Assembly (NCBI GenBank): GCA_951813565.1
Contig: OX638351.1
Location: 1,472,001-1,536,000 of the forward strand
Origin: an uncultured Poribacteria bacterium
Lineage (GTDB): Bacteria; Poribacteria; WGA-4E; WGA-3G
Direction of reading: 5' to 3'
DNA: 64,000 nt
A program made the position numbers and the translations under genes. How positions within the stretch are numbered: position 1 is the stretch's first letter; each line of letters begins with the position of its first letter. The notes under the pieces are model-generated. The model was given only the letters and a program-made list of their open reading frames with translations, ran no database searches and was not told the origin of the DNA. Shown here piece after piece: positions 1-10,658 of this stretch.

Positions 1-791
1 GTAAACAAATGGCCAGATCGATAAGATTTTGGGTGGAAGCCGCAAAGTTCGTTAAAAAGCAGGAAAAGGGTGATTTTAAAATCAGTAAATTGGGTAGAAA
101 GTTGTTTGTTGAAGAAAAATATGATCCGTATTTAGAAGATATCCAAACCCTTTGGCTTATTCATTGGAATTTTTCAACTCACCTTGAGAGTCCTATTTTT
201 GCCTGGGACTTCCTTATGAATCGGTGGCAAGATCCTGAGATTTTTGCGGAGACTGTAATTCAAACTTTTAAAAAAGAAGCAGATTTACAAGGTCGAAAAT
301 TATCATGGGCGACACTTAAACAGCATTTCAATATTTTTCTTCATACCTATGTGCCAACGCGCGGAAAAAAAGTAGCCGTACTTGAAGACAATCTTGATTG
401 CCCTTTGATTGAACTGAATTTGATTCGTCAGGTTGGTGAAAGAGTTTCAGGTGGTAACGGAAAACGCGAACCAATTTATGCTTTCAATCGTGAACCGAAA
501 TCGCAAATTAGTCAACAACTTTTTTTCTATTGCCTAAACGATTTTTGGGAAACCTATCATTCTAAAGAGCAATCTTTGCAGTTTCGCCAAATTGCTTCTG
601 GACATGGCAGCCCAGGCCAGATTTTTAAGTTTTCAGAAGTAGAAATTCGCATTCGTTTAGAAGATATCAAAGAATTAACGGATGGCGCAATGAGTTTTCG
701 AGAATCGGTGAATCAGAGGGTCATTGAAAAAAACGATAAGAAAATTAAATCAGAAGATTTGTTAGACGCTATTTACGCAGAGGAAATTTAG
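1..791 (+). CDS. sspB: DUF4007 family protein, SspB-like (5'-truncated by window edge)
   Basis: Frame is open to the window start (KQMARSIRFW resembles the DUF4007 GKNMVRSIRYW motif); DPYLEDxxTLWLIHW motif; first gene before ATPase and PAPS reductase. Confidence 0.85.
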   Translation, partial: KQMARSIRFWVEAAKFVKKQEKGDFKISKLGRKLFVEEKYDPYLEDIQTLWLIHWNFSTHLESPIFAWDFLMNRWQDPEIFAETVIQTFKKEADLQGRKLSWATLKQHFNIFLHTYVPTRGKKVAVLEDNLDCPLIELNLIRQVGERVSGGNGKREPIYAFNREPKSQISQQLFFYCLNDFWETYHSKEQSLQFRQIASGHGSPGQIFKFSEVEIRIRLEDIKELTDGAMSFRESVNQRVIEKNDKKIKSEDLLDAIYAEEI

Positions 792-794
792 TTT

Positions 795-3700
795 TTGAAT
801 AAAACAATAGCTGATATATTTCATATTAACCAACGTTTCTTGCGCTCAACGCACCTTGAACGGGATTTTTCAAATCCTGACGGTTGCCAAGGGTACATAC
901 CTACAGAATTTACCAGATCTTGTTTGGAGCGTTTGGCCGAAGGGTTGAAAACGAATTCTCCAAGTCGAGCATGGCGGTTAACTGGGGATTATGGGACCGG
1001 AAAATCAAGTTTTGCTTTGGTATTGGCCCACCTATTTTCGGGGCATCAAAATGGAGTATGCAAAAATCTACGGGAGTCCATTAAGATCAAAAATTCTTGC
1101 CTTAACGGAACAGGTCTTACACCGATTTTGGTAACTGGTAACCGATCATCTTTGAAGGATGCTCTCCAATCAGCTTTGCAAAAATCCATTGATAATGTTA
1201 CTGGGAATTCTAAGGCAAAACTTCCGACTCAGCTGCAGCGGATCGTAGAAATTTCAAATGAGGACATGTCTTCGCCTGTTAGTTATTCATTATTTCCTGG
1301 TGAATTGGACGAAATTTCAAGTATTGGAGATAAAGATATTGTTGAGGCGTTCATTGAGTTTAGTCATTTTGTCAAAGCGAAATCCAAGAGATCAGGAGTT
1401 CTTCTTATTCTGGATGAATTGGGTAAATTCCTTGAATTTGCAGCAATGTATCCTGATCGTCAAGATATTTACCTATTGCAACAATTGGCTGAAGCAGCTT
1501 CACGCAGCGGCGATACGCCTTTATTTGTTTTAGGGCTTTTACATCAAGGTTTCAGTGCTTATGCGGATAATCTGGACGTAACATCTAAACAAGAATGGGA
1601 AAAAGTTGCTGGAAGATTTGAAGAAATACTTTTCAATCAACCTCTTGATCAAATTGTCCATCTACTATCATCTGCTTTGGAGATTCAGACACAAGATGTG
1701 TTTAAGGAAAAACAAAACGAAGCAAGATCTCAAATGAGGTATGCCCTTAAGCATGGATGGTACGGACCTGTCCCATTAAAAGATGAGTTGTTAAATAAAG
1801 CGGCGCAATTCTTTCCGTTAGGGCCTCTGACAGTTCCTGTTATCGTGCGTACGATGCATCGTTTTGGACAGAACGAAAGATCTTTGTTTAGTTTTCTTCA
1901 ATCCTCAGAACCATTCGGTCTACAAGCCTACGCTTCACAACAACCTCTTAGAGGTGCTGGGTTATACCAAATTCATAATTTCTACGATTATGTTCGAGCA
2001 AATCTGAGCCATTCGCTTAACCTCACGAACATGCAGACCCATTGGAGTGTGGTTGATTCGGTTATTTCCAGTTATATACCTAATGATAATTTAGAAATGG
2101 AAGTACTCAAAACAGTAGGTGTGTTAAACCTACTGAATGCCAATGACCTAATACCCACTGAGGAACTTGTGATTCAGGCGGTAAAATCACGTAAGAAACC
2201 GTCTCGTCGTGTCAGTGAAGTAATAGATATTCTGAAACATAAAAAACGCGTGCTATATGATCGAGGTATTGCTGGCGGTTTATGTCTTTGGCCGCATACC
2301 AGTGTGGATTTGAACGCTGCTTATAAAAACGCAGAACGGGCAATAGCAGATATTGGACCAGTAAGTGAAAGAATTAAAACCTATCTTGATTCGAGACCAA
2401 TCGTTGCTCGCAGACACTATATAGAAACAGGAAATTTAAGGCATTTTGAAATCCAGTATTTATCTGGTTCTGAATTTGTCCAATCCACACTTTCCTTGAA
2501 TGAAGGTGTGGATGGAAAAATTATCATCGTTCTATGTGATTCACGGCAAGAGCGGCAGCAAGCATTACAAGAGGCTAAATCTGCTAATCATCCCCAAGTG
2601 ATTGTTGCTATTCCTGATCCGTTGCATAATATCGCTGACTATCTTCGGGATATTTTGTGCTGGGAATGGGTTGGCAAAAACACATTAGAACTTAATTCTG
2701 ACCGTTATGCAAGTGAAGAAGTATTACGCCAGCGTGATGCTGCCCATATACGCCTTAGGAAACGAATCTCGGACTTAATTGATCTCCGTAACTATTCAGG
2801 AAATATAAATTTTAATTGGTTTTCCGAAGGGGAACAGTTACCGATTTCTACAGGTAAAAAACTTTTAAAACATCTTTCAAAAATTTGTGACCAAGTTTTT
2901 GATCAAGCTCCCAGAGTTCAAAATGAACTTGTTAATAGACAGAACTTGAGTTCTGCTGCGTCCGGTGCCCGAATGAGATTGATTAGGGCAATGCTTGAAA
3001 GCGAATCTAAACCTAACTTAGGAATGCAAGACGATAAACGTCCTCCTGATATGTCAATGTACCTTTCGATTTTAAAGCAGGGAAATATTCACGTTGAAGG
3101 GGAAAAGACATGGTATATTCAAGAACCTCCGTCCGATGTTGATCTATGCCATATCTTACCGGTACTCAGACATATTGAGGACATATTGAAATCTGCGTTG
3201 GATAAAAAAGTTCCTGTGAAAGAACTATTTGCAGAACTCAGAAAACCTCCATACGGGGTTCGGGATGGTTTAAGACCGCTGCTGTTGGCGATTTACTATG
3301 TTGCACATCGACAGGAAATTGCAATCTTTGAAGATGGCACCTTTTTGCGTGAGGTGAGAGGGGATGATTTTTACCGCCTAATCAGAGCACCAGAGTACTT
3401 TGAAATCCAACATAGTGCGATTGAAGGTATCCGCGCATCGGTTTTTGATCAGTTGATTCAGGTACTTGAGATTCCGCAAACATCAGGTAAACAGGATTCA
3501 CGAATTCTTGATGTTGTGCTGCCTTTATGTAACTTTGTTGCACAACTTCCGGAATATGTTCATAAGACAAAGAAACTATCTCCGGAGGCCATCGCTGTTC
3601 GTGAAAAACTCATGTCAGGTGCGGAACCTGCACCACTACTTTTTCGGGATTTACCGATTGCTTATGGTGAGGTGCCATTTGATATAACCCAACCTATTGA

Positions 3701-4334
3701 CGACAGTCAAGTCCAAGAGTTTGCCGAGGGAATCAAATTTTATCTGGCTGAGCTTAAGAACGCTTACACAGAATTGCTTGAACGCATAAAAAATGCTATT
3801 TTTCAAGCGTTTGAGGAGGGTTGCAATACAGAAGGAAGAAACTCAATCGCAAGACGTGCTGATAATTTGTGGGGAATGGTGAGTGAATACCAACTCAAAG
3901 CTTTCTGTGGTCGTTTAAAAGATAAGAAACTTTCTGATACAAAATGGATTGAATCAATTGCTAATTTGGTTATTTCAGATTCCCCTTCATCCTGGGGTGA
4001 TTCTGATGAAAACGTGTTTCAATATGAATTAGCAGCTTTAGTAACAAGGTTTAAACACGTCGAACGCATCTATCACGCAGCGAAAAATATTCCTGAAAAT
4101 AACAGTGGAATTCTCCTCTTAGTTACACAAGCGGAGGGCAATGAACATGGAGAAGTCGTGTACTCTCTTCCGCAAGAAGATCCGAAGTTAGTGAATATTG
4201 AAGAAGAAATTCAGAGTTTGCTGAGTACTCACGACCGTCGTTTAAGCTTAGCAGCTATTGCCCGTGTGCTTTACAGTGAACTCAGCGATAATGTAAAGAA
4301 ACCTGATAAGAAAGAAACCGATAAGGAGAACTAA
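795..4334 (+). CDS. sspC: Large P-loop ATPase, SspC/BrxC-like
   Basis: Walker A GDYGTGKS, Walker B LLILDE, LHQ motif, EWEKVAGRF, QNERSLFSFL, LRKPPYGVRDG; 1179 aa. Confidence 0.85.
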   Translation: MNKTIADIFHINQRFLRSTHLERDFSNPDGCQGYIPTEFTRSCLERLAEGLKTNSPSRAWRLTGDYGTGKSSFALVLAHLFSGHQNGVCKNLRESIKIKNSCLNGTGLTPILVTGNRSSLKDALQSALQKSIDNVTGNSKAKLPTQLQRIVEISNEDMSSPVSYSLFPGELDEISSIGDKDIVEAFIEFSHFVKAKSKRSGVLLILDELGKFLEFAAMYPDRQDIYLLQQLAEAASRSGDTPLFVLGLLHQGFSAYADNLDVTSKQEWEKVAGRFEEILFNQPLDQIVHLLSSALEIQTQDVFKEKQNEARSQMRYALKHGWYGPVPLKDELLNKAAQFFPLGPLTVPVIVRTMHRFGQNERSLFSFLQSSEPFGLQAYASQQPLRGAGLYQIHNFYDYVRANLSHSLNLTNMQTHWSVVDSVISSYIPNDNLEMEVLKTVGVLNLLNANDLIPTEELVIQAVKSRKKPSRRVSEVIDILKHKKRVLYDRGIAGGLCLWPHTSVDLNAAYKNAERAIADIGPVSERIKTYLDSRPIVARRHYIETGNLRHFEIQYLSGSEFVQSTLSLNEGVDGKIIIVLCDSRQERQQALQEAKSANHPQVIVAIPDPLHNIADYLRDILCWEWVGKNTLELNSDRYASEEVLRQRDAAHIRLRKRISDLIDLRNYSGNINFNWFSEGEQLPISTGKKLLKHLSKICDQVFDQAPRVQNELVNRQNLSSAASGARMRLIRAMLESESKPNLGMQDDKRPPDMSMYLSILKQGNIHVEGEKTWYIQEPPSDVDLCHILPVLRHIEDILKSALDKKVPVKELFAELRKPPYGVRDGLRPLLLAIYYVAHRQEIAIFEDGTFLREVRGDDFYRLIRAPEYFEIQHSAIEGIRASVFDQLIQVLEIPQTSGKQDSRILDVVLPLCNFVAQLPEYVHKTKKLSPEAIAVREKLMSGAEPAPLLFRDLPIAYGEVPFDITQPIDDSQVQEFAEGIKFYLAELKNAYTELLERIKNAIFQAFEEGCNTEGRNSIARRADNLWGMVSEYQLKAFCGRLKDKKLSDTKWIESIANLVISDSPSSWGDSDENVFQYELAALVTRFKHVERIYHAAKNIPENNSGILLLVTQAEGNEHGEVVYSLPQEDPKLVNIEEEIQSLLSTHDRRLSLAAIARVLYSELSDNVKKPDKKETDKEN

Positions 4335-4338
4335 AACA

Positions 4339-5148
4339 GTGCCTCAAAAAGATCGTCATATTCTCAGTCTTTCAGGTGGAAAAGACAGTACCGCATTAGC
4401 TATCTATCTACGTGACGATGTTCCCGACATGGAATACATCTTTCACGATACTGGCAAAGAACTGCCTGATACATATAAATATCTCAAACGCCTGCAAGCG
4501 TATTTAGGCGTAGAGATTCAAAAGACTACCAAACATACAAGTTTTGACAAGATGTTAAGGGCGTATGGAGGTATGCTGCCTTCCAACCACCGCCGGTGGT
4601 GTACCAGAATGTTAAAATTAAAACCTTTTGAGGATTATGTTGGTGATGATCCAGTCGTAAACTATGTTGGACTTCGAGCTGACGAAGACAGAATTGGCTA
4701 TATCAGTCACAAACCCAATATTAAGGTAGTCTATCCATTTCAAGATGATGGAAAAGTTTATGAGGATATAATTAAGATTTTAGAAGACTCAGGTTTGGGG
4801 ATGCCTCCCTACACTGATTGGGGGCGTACTCACTCGGGCTGCTTTTTCTGTTTTTATCAACAAAAAATTGAGTGGGTCAGATTAAAACAGACATATCCTG
4901 GACTTTTTGAAGAGGCAAAAGCTTACGAAAAACCTAACAAGATCAATGGAAATATTTTTTATTGGAATCAGGACGAATCACTTGAAGAACTTGAGCAACC
5001 TGAACGTATGGCAGAAATCATTTCTAACTGGGAAAAGACACAAAAAAGATTGAAAGCCAAACGAAAGAATAGACCGTTAGTATCTGTGTTAGCTGGATAT
5101 GAGTCTGAGGATGAAGAAGATAGAAGTTGTTTAATGTGTTTTTTATAG
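4339..5148 (+). CDS. sspD: PAPS reductase family protein, SspD-like
   Basis: SGGKDS, RWCTRMLKLKP, GLRADE, SGCFFCFYQ, C-terminal CLMC; operon context. Confidence 0.87.
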   Translation: MPQKDRHILSLSGGKDSTALAIYLRDDVPDMEYIFHDTGKELPDTYKYLKRLQAYLGVEIQKTTKHTSFDKMLRAYGGMLPSNHRRWCTRMLKLKPFEDYVGDDPVVNYVGLRADEDRIGYISHKPNIKVVYPFQDDGKVYEDIIKILEDSGLGMPPYTDWGRTHSGCFFCFYQQKIEWVRLKQTYPGLFEEAKAYEKPNKINGNIFYWNQDESLEELEQPERMAEIISNWEKTQKRLKAKRKNRPLVSVLAGYESEDEEDRSCLMCFL

Positions 5149-5191
5149 TACTAAACCGTACTTAGAATAATAACGTATTGGGAGGAATGTA

Positions 5192-7525
5192 GTGGAAAAG
5201 AATAAGACATTTGGGGCAGAATCTAAAAGGACTTGGGATGTACTTGATCGCAGCATTGGGTTTTATATTCCACCTTACCAACGTCAATATGATTGGGATA
5301 AAAGACATATTACACGTCTTTTTGAAGATATTAATCACGGATTAATGGAACTGTTACGTAACGAAAAGAAGGATTCAATTACCTTTATTGGCACATTGAT
5401 TGTAATCGACGATACACGACCTGAAACAATTGCGCCAAATATCTCTAATTCAAACCTTCCGGGAAATGGTAATATTCAATCAGTTGTTGATGGGCAACAA
5501 CGGCTTACTACCATTCTATTGATGAATATTTGTCTCCATGATGAAATAAATAGACGTAGAAATAAGCTTGAAGAGAAAAAAGAAGGTAAACCAGCATTTG
5601 AGTGGTTATATGATAGGATAGTTAATGTATGTCCTAATCTACAAGAAACATTTGAAGAAGATAAGAGGCGTGGGGACGGTGTGTACAAATGGCAACCCCG
5701 TATGATCCGGGCATATACTGATTCATGGTCTTGTTTTCAACACGAAGCGAGATATGAATCACCGATTGCGGCGTTTATTCATGGTTATTCAAAACGCATT
5801 CATAATGACGATGAGAACTCAATGAACGAACCTTACTCTGGGGATAGTTATATTGATAGTAAAGATGTTTTGTGGAAGAATAATGTGGAGATACAAAAAC
5901 TGATTAAGATGATTTCAGGGCAAGTCAAAAAGGATCTAAAGATACTTCCTCTAAAACAGGTTGCGGCAGATCCTGATTTTCAAAAAGTAATATTGGAGGA
6001 AGAATTTCCAGAAGAAGTATGTAATATTTTATCTAACGAAGGGCATGATGATTTCAAGGAATTAATCCGTCTAGTTTTCTTTGCCAATTTTTTGATGTAT
6101 AAGGTATGGGTTACAGTTGTATCAGCACCGGGTGCTTATGCTTATAGTATATTTGAATCTTTAAACACTACTGGAGAGCCGCTTACAGTATTAGAAACTT
6201 TTAGGCCTAAGATAATAGAATTTGAGGGACCAGACAATTATGAAAATTCGGATTCCCGGACGTATATGGGGGCCGTTGAAGAATATTTGAAGCGATTTAC
6301 TACTGCAAAAACAAGACAAAAGGAAACCTATAACTTGCTACGACCTTTTGCCCTTGCTGAATCTGGTAAAAAACTTCTTTCAGATCCTGTCGATCAGAGA
6401 CAGTATATGAGGAACCAATACGAAAGTCTAACAAACGAAGAAAAGCGTGACTTTGTTAGAAATTTGAGCCATGTAGCAAATTTCATGTCAAAGGTATGGA
6501 AGAAAGAAGGGAGTGCATTTTCAGATATAATAGAATTCACCGAGGAGTCCAGGAGGAGTGTAGTCTTAATGTGTATGGGAGTTCTTGGAAAAGCTAACCC
6601 TATTACAATCGGACCTTTAACCCGGTTTTATTCCCAAGTGTTATTAGCGCATCCGGATACGCGTTCCAAAGCTGTTGATGAGTTGGAAGGAGCTGTAAAA
6701 GCAATGACAGCTTTTTTTGCATTATGGCGCGGGATTGGAAAAACAACAGGAACTCTCGCTGACCAATATAAAGATTTAATGGATAAAGGATTTGATGAGG
6801 TAGGGATTAAACCTTTCTCTAGGTGTCCACGCGAGGAAAAAGCAATAGAGTTTTTAACTGCTGCAGAATTACGAAAAGCTTTAAGGTATATTTTGAGTAG
6901 AGGTAGAACTTTAGCAATCACATCCAAAAAAGAGTGGGTAAGACTTACAGCTGAAAGACCAGTCTATGATATTTCAAAACCATTGGCCCGATTTTTGCTT
7001 TTTGCGTCAGCCCATGATACAGTTGAAGATGACAGTGATTCTGAACTTCAGAAGGCAGGGGTACAAGGAACCATGGACATGCTCACCTGGAACAAATGGA
7101 GTGATGATTTAACCATTGAACATGTTGCCCCACAAGAACCTGATCCTGATCAAGACGATTGGCCAAAATCTTTATATGAAAACCCTGTTATCTTAAATTA
7201 TTTAGGAAACTTGACACTCTTACCTACTGCTGTGAATTCTTCATTTAATAACAAGGCATGGCAAAAGAAGAAGAAAATGTACCATGTTTTATCTGGACTT
7301 ACGTCGGAGGAACGAGAAGCACGATTGGTAGACGCAAGACGGAATGGTGTAGAGTTACCAGAGAGTACGGAAGAAATTTTGCGTTCAGGAAAGTACTTCC
7401 CCCATCTTGCGACTATTTGCAACGTTGAAAAATGGGACGAAGAGCTTGTTCGAAAACGGACTAAAAGATTGGCAGAGTTGGTATGGACAAATATCTCCGC
7501 ATGGTTAGGATTTGATGAAGAATAA
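5192..7525 (+). CDS. sspE: DUF262 + DUF1524 (HNH) nuclease, SspE-like
   Basis: IPPYQRQYDW, VDGQQRLTT, FESLNTTG, C-terminal IEHVAPQ...LGNLTLLP..NSS; 777 aa; follows sspBCD. Confidence 0.85.
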   Translation: MEKNKTFGAESKRTWDVLDRSIGFYIPPYQRQYDWDKRHITRLFEDINHGLMELLRNEKKDSITFIGTLIVIDDTRPETIAPNISNSNLPGNGNIQSVVDGQQRLTTILLMNICLHDEINRRRNKLEEKKEGKPAFEWLYDRIVNVCPNLQETFEEDKRRGDGVYKWQPRMIRAYTDSWSCFQHEARYESPIAAFIHGYSKRIHNDDENSMNEPYSGDSYIDSKDVLWKNNVEIQKLIKMISGQVKKDLKILPLKQVAADPDFQKVILEEEFPEEVCNILSNEGHDDFKELIRLVFFANFLMYKVWVTVVSAPGAYAYSIFESLNTTGEPLTVLETFRPKIIEFEGPDNYENSDSRTYMGAVEEYLKRFTTAKTRQKETYNLLRPFALAESGKKLLSDPVDQRQYMRNQYESLTNEEKRDFVRNLSHVANFMSKVWKKEGSAFSDIIEFTEESRRSVVLMCMGVLGKANPITIGPLTRFYSQVLLAHPDTRSKAVDELEGAVKAMTAFFALWRGIGKTTGTLADQYKDLMDKGFDEVGIKPFSRCPREEKAIEFLTAAELRKALRYILSRGRTLAITSKKEWVRLTAERPVYDISKPLARFLLFASAHDTVEDDSDSELQKAGVQGTMDMLTWNKWSDDLTIEHVAPQEPDPDQDDWPKSLYENPVILNYLGNLTLLPTAVNSSFNNKAWQKKKKMYHVLSGLTSEEREARLVDARRNGVELPESTEEILRSGKYFPHLATICNVEKWDEELVRKRTKRLAELVWTNISAWLGFDEE

Positions 7526-7543
7526 TTAAACAAAACACGCATT

Positions 7544-8695
7544 ATGAAAACTGTTTACGCGGACAACAACGCCACAACCTCTGTTGACTCTGAAGTGATG
7601 GAGGCAATGATGCCCTACATCACAAAGGGATTTTACAATCCAAGTGCGATCAGTGGTCGCATATATGGGATTGACAAAGCCATAGCAAAATCAAGGCGGA
7701 CAGTGGCAGAATTCTTAGGGGCTTCAGATGCAAAAGAGATTGTCTTTACTTCTTGTGCGACTGAAAGCAATAATTGGGCGATTTTCGGTGCGGCTCGCGC
7801 AAATCCTGAGCGTCAACACATTATCACATCCGAAGTAGAGCACTCATCCGTTTTAGAAACTTGCAAATCACTATGTAAAAGTGGGTATGATGTTTCATTT
7901 CTCAACGTAGATAGTGACGGCAACCTGAACGTAGATGAGTTAATGGACTCCATTCGCCCTGATACGCTTTTGGTCACGTTAATGGCGGCAAACAATGAAA
8001 CAGGGGTTATATTTCCTATAGACCACTTATCTACGGTAGTTAAAGAACGAAATCCAAACATTATATTTCATACGGATGCCACACAATACGTTGGCAAGTT
8101 ACCAATTAATCTTAACCAAGTTTTTGAACATATTGATCTGCTATCCTTTTCCGCTCATAAGTTTCACGGTCCAAAAGGTATAGGTGGACTTTTCATTCGT
8201 AAAGGTACAAGGCTAGTGCCACTTCTATATGGTGGCAATCAAGAGAATGGACGTAGGAGTGGAACGGAAAATGTGTCTGGTATAATCGGACTTGCCAAAG
8301 CCTGTGAATTAGCTGATGACAACATCTACAATTTGCAAAGTGTTCAGGCATTACGCGATCAATTGGAAAAAGAATTACTGAAGTTGTTTCCTTCTGCTTT
8401 AGTAAATGGTGGAAATGCAAACCGCTTGCCTAATACACTGAATATCGCATTCAGAGATATGGATAGCGAAACACTTCTACACCAACTTTCACTGCATGGT
8501 GTTTACGCTTCAAATGGTTCGGCATGTTCCACTGGCTCTCTGAATTATTCTCACGTTCTTTCAGCAATGGATATGCCGTATGATTACATTGCTGGTAGTA
8601 TCAGATTTAGTTTTAGTCGCTTAAATAGTTCAGAAGATGTGGAAATAATAATAGAGACAATGAAACAGATAAAGTCAGGACTATTTAGCGTATAA
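7544..8695 (+). CDS. sspA: Cysteine desulfurase (IscS/NifS family), SspA role by context
   Basis: YADNNATT, HTDATQYVGK, SAHKFHGPKG (PLP Lys), SNGSAC catalytic Cys. Confidence 0.85.
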   Translation: MKTVYADNNATTSVDSEVMEAMMPYITKGFYNPSAISGRIYGIDKAIAKSRRTVAEFLGASDAKEIVFTSCATESNNWAIFGAARANPERQHIITSEVEHSSVLETCKSLCKSGYDVSFLNVDSDGNLNVDELMDSIRPDTLLVTLMAANNETGVIFPIDHLSTVVKERNPNIIFHTDATQYVGKLPINLNQVFEHIDLLSFSAHKFHGPKGIGGLFIRKGTRLVPLLYGGNQENGRRSGTENVSGIIGLAKACELADDNIYNLQSVQALRDQLEKELLKLFPSALVNGGNANRLPNTLNIAFRDMDSETLLHQLSLHGVYASNGSACSTGSLNYSHVLSAMDMPYDYIAGSIRFSFSRLNSSEDVEIIIETMKQIKSGLFSV

Positions 8696-8753
8696 AACCC
8701 TCCATCTCATTTATGAGATCACTTGTAGACACCTCAATCCTCCCACTTTTTGG

Positions 8754-8782
8754 TTGACACCATCCCCGTTTTGTTATAAAAT
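8754..8782 (+). promoter_or_regulatory. Sigma70-like promoter for sppA
   Basis: TTGACA-17 bp-TAAAAT. Confidence 0.55.
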
Positions 8783-8836
8783 AGAAACAAAAAACCGTAG
8801 CGGCGGTGCCATCATGCCCGTCCATAAGGAGACAAA

Positions 8837-10654
8837 ATGAAAACATTAAGGACCTTTTGGCAGACAGTCATACCGTTACTCCTAATCATCTCTTCTATAT
8901 TGCCATTATCTGCTGAAGAACAAACCGAAGAAGAGACAGTACCTCTCGTTAAAAAATACGTTGAATTCACACTGAGTGGCACCTACACCGATACAAAAGA
9001 GATTAGTTTATTTGGAACTTCTTCAACAAAGACATTGCGCGGACTCTTCAAGAAACTTGATGCTCTTAAAAACGATGATGATGTGGCTGGTGTAATCTTC
9101 AATATCCGAAATATTGGAATAGGATGGGCAAGTCTTCAGGAACTCAGAGATAAATTAAGTGAATTCAGTGAAACTGAAAAAGAAATGATCGGCTATCTTG
9201 AAAGCGGTGGCAATGTCCAATATCTCCTTGCTACTGCAATGGACCGCATTGTGCTAATGCCAACTGGAAGTCTCAATCTAATCGGTTTACGCGCAGAAAT
9301 TCTCTTCTACAAAGGGCTTCTGGAAAAACTGGACGTTGAGGCAGATATGCTCGCAATGGGACAATTCAAATCTGGTATTGAACCCCTCACACGCGACAGC
9401 ATGTCCGATGCCTTCCGTGACTCAATGACTGGTTTGCTTGATGATTTATATACGCAAATGCTGGAAAAGATTGCCGATGGTAGAGATGGGATTACCTCAG
9501 AGATTGCAGCCGAGTTGATAGACCGTGGTCCTTTCACTGCAAAGGAAGCACAGGAAGCAAAGCTCGTTGACACGCTGCAATACTATGACCAACTTTTAAA
9601 TGCAATCAATGAAACACCAAACACAGCAGTTGCTAAACAGGACGATAAAAAGAAGCGGAAAATGCCCAATATGAATAGTTTTATGGGAATGATGCAGTTG
9701 TTTAATATGTTGAATCCGCCGCAGCGTGCAAAGGCGCGTCCCGCAGATAATCAACTTGCCCTTATCTATGCAAGCGGTCCCATTTTACCCGATTTTGACT
9801 TGCCTTTTCCTACAACGTCTCTGATTACGCCGAAGACGTTAAAGAAAGCGTTTGCAAAAGCGCGCGCCGACAATGCTATTAAAGCGGTGGTGTTACGCGT
9901 GGATAGTCCGGGCGGTTCCGCAATCGCCTCCGACCTAATTTGGCGAGAGGTGATGCGCACACAACGCGAAAAACCTGTTATCGTATCTATGGCAAATTAC
10001 GCCGCCTCTGGTGGTTATTATATTTCAATGGCTGCAGGAACAATCGTAGCGCAACCCGGAACGCTTACAGGTTCAATCGGGGTCTTCGGCGGCAAACTCA
10101 ATCTGAAAGGCCTCTATAACAAGGTTGGGTTAAAAAAAGAGATTATAACGCATGGGCAAAATGCAACACTCTATTCAGATTACGGCAGCTTTACGGAGAC
10201 TGAACGCGAACGCGTTGAAAAGATGATGAAGACTATCTATGAAGATTTTGTCACGAAAGCGGCATCTGGTAGGAAGACAACTTTTGACGAAATTGATGCG
10301 GTTGCACAAGGCAGAGTCTGGACAGGAAAGCAGGCAAAAGAACTCGGTCTCGTTGATGAACTTGGCGGACTTGAGACTGCGCTTTCCATCGCTAAGAAAG
10401 AAGTGGGACTGACTGATGAAGATAAAGTTGACATCATCGTGCTACCAGAACAGAAACCTTTTTTTGAACAAGTTTTAGAGAGCATGCTTGAAGAAGAGGT
10501 GGGAATCTCAGCACCATTGCCTTTACAGTTAGCACAACAGCACCCTGCTATCCATAAGCTAAGCACACAATGGCATCGGATAGTAACATGGTTAACCCTA
10601 TTTGAAAAAGAACGAGTGGTCACTGCCTTACCTTATGACATTTTAATTCGGTGA
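8837..10654 (+). CDS. sppA: Signal peptide peptidase SppA (67K type, S49)
   Basis: Two S49 domains; RVDSPGGS, AASGGYY, TGSIGV, QGRVWTG. Confidence 0.93.
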   Translation: MKTLRTFWQTVIPLLLIISSILPLSAEEQTEEETVPLVKKYVEFTLSGTYTDTKEISLFGTSSTKTLRGLFKKLDALKNDDDVAGVIFNIRNIGIGWASLQELRDKLSEFSETEKEMIGYLESGGNVQYLLATAMDRIVLMPTGSLNLIGLRAEILFYKGLLEKLDVEADMLAMGQFKSGIEPLTRDSMSDAFRDSMTGLLDDLYTQMLEKIADGRDGITSEIAAELIDRGPFTAKEAQEAKLVDTLQYYDQLLNAINETPNTAVAKQDDKKKRKMPNMNSFMGMMQLFNMLNPPQRAKARPADNQLALIYASGPILPDFDLPFPTTSLITPKTLKKAFAKARADNAIKAVVLRVDSPGGSAIASDLIWREVMRTQREKPVIVSMANYAASGGYYISMAAGTIVAQPGTLTGSIGVFGGKLNLKGLYNKVGLKKEIITHGQNATLYSDYGSFTETERERVEKMMKTIYEDFVTKAASGRKTTFDEIDAVAQGRVWTGKQAKELGLVDELGGLETALSIAKKEVGLTDEDKVDIIVLPEQKPFFEQVLESMLEEEVGISAPLPLQLAQQHPAIHKLSTQWHRIVTWLTLFEKERVVTALPYDILIR

Positions 10655-10658
10655 TTTT

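Noticed and set aside
1..8695. BREX type 4 or Dnd system
   Set aside because: No PglZ, BrxL or DndB/D/E in the window; the DUF262-HNH gene after the PAPS reductase fits Ssp, though the upstream region is unseen
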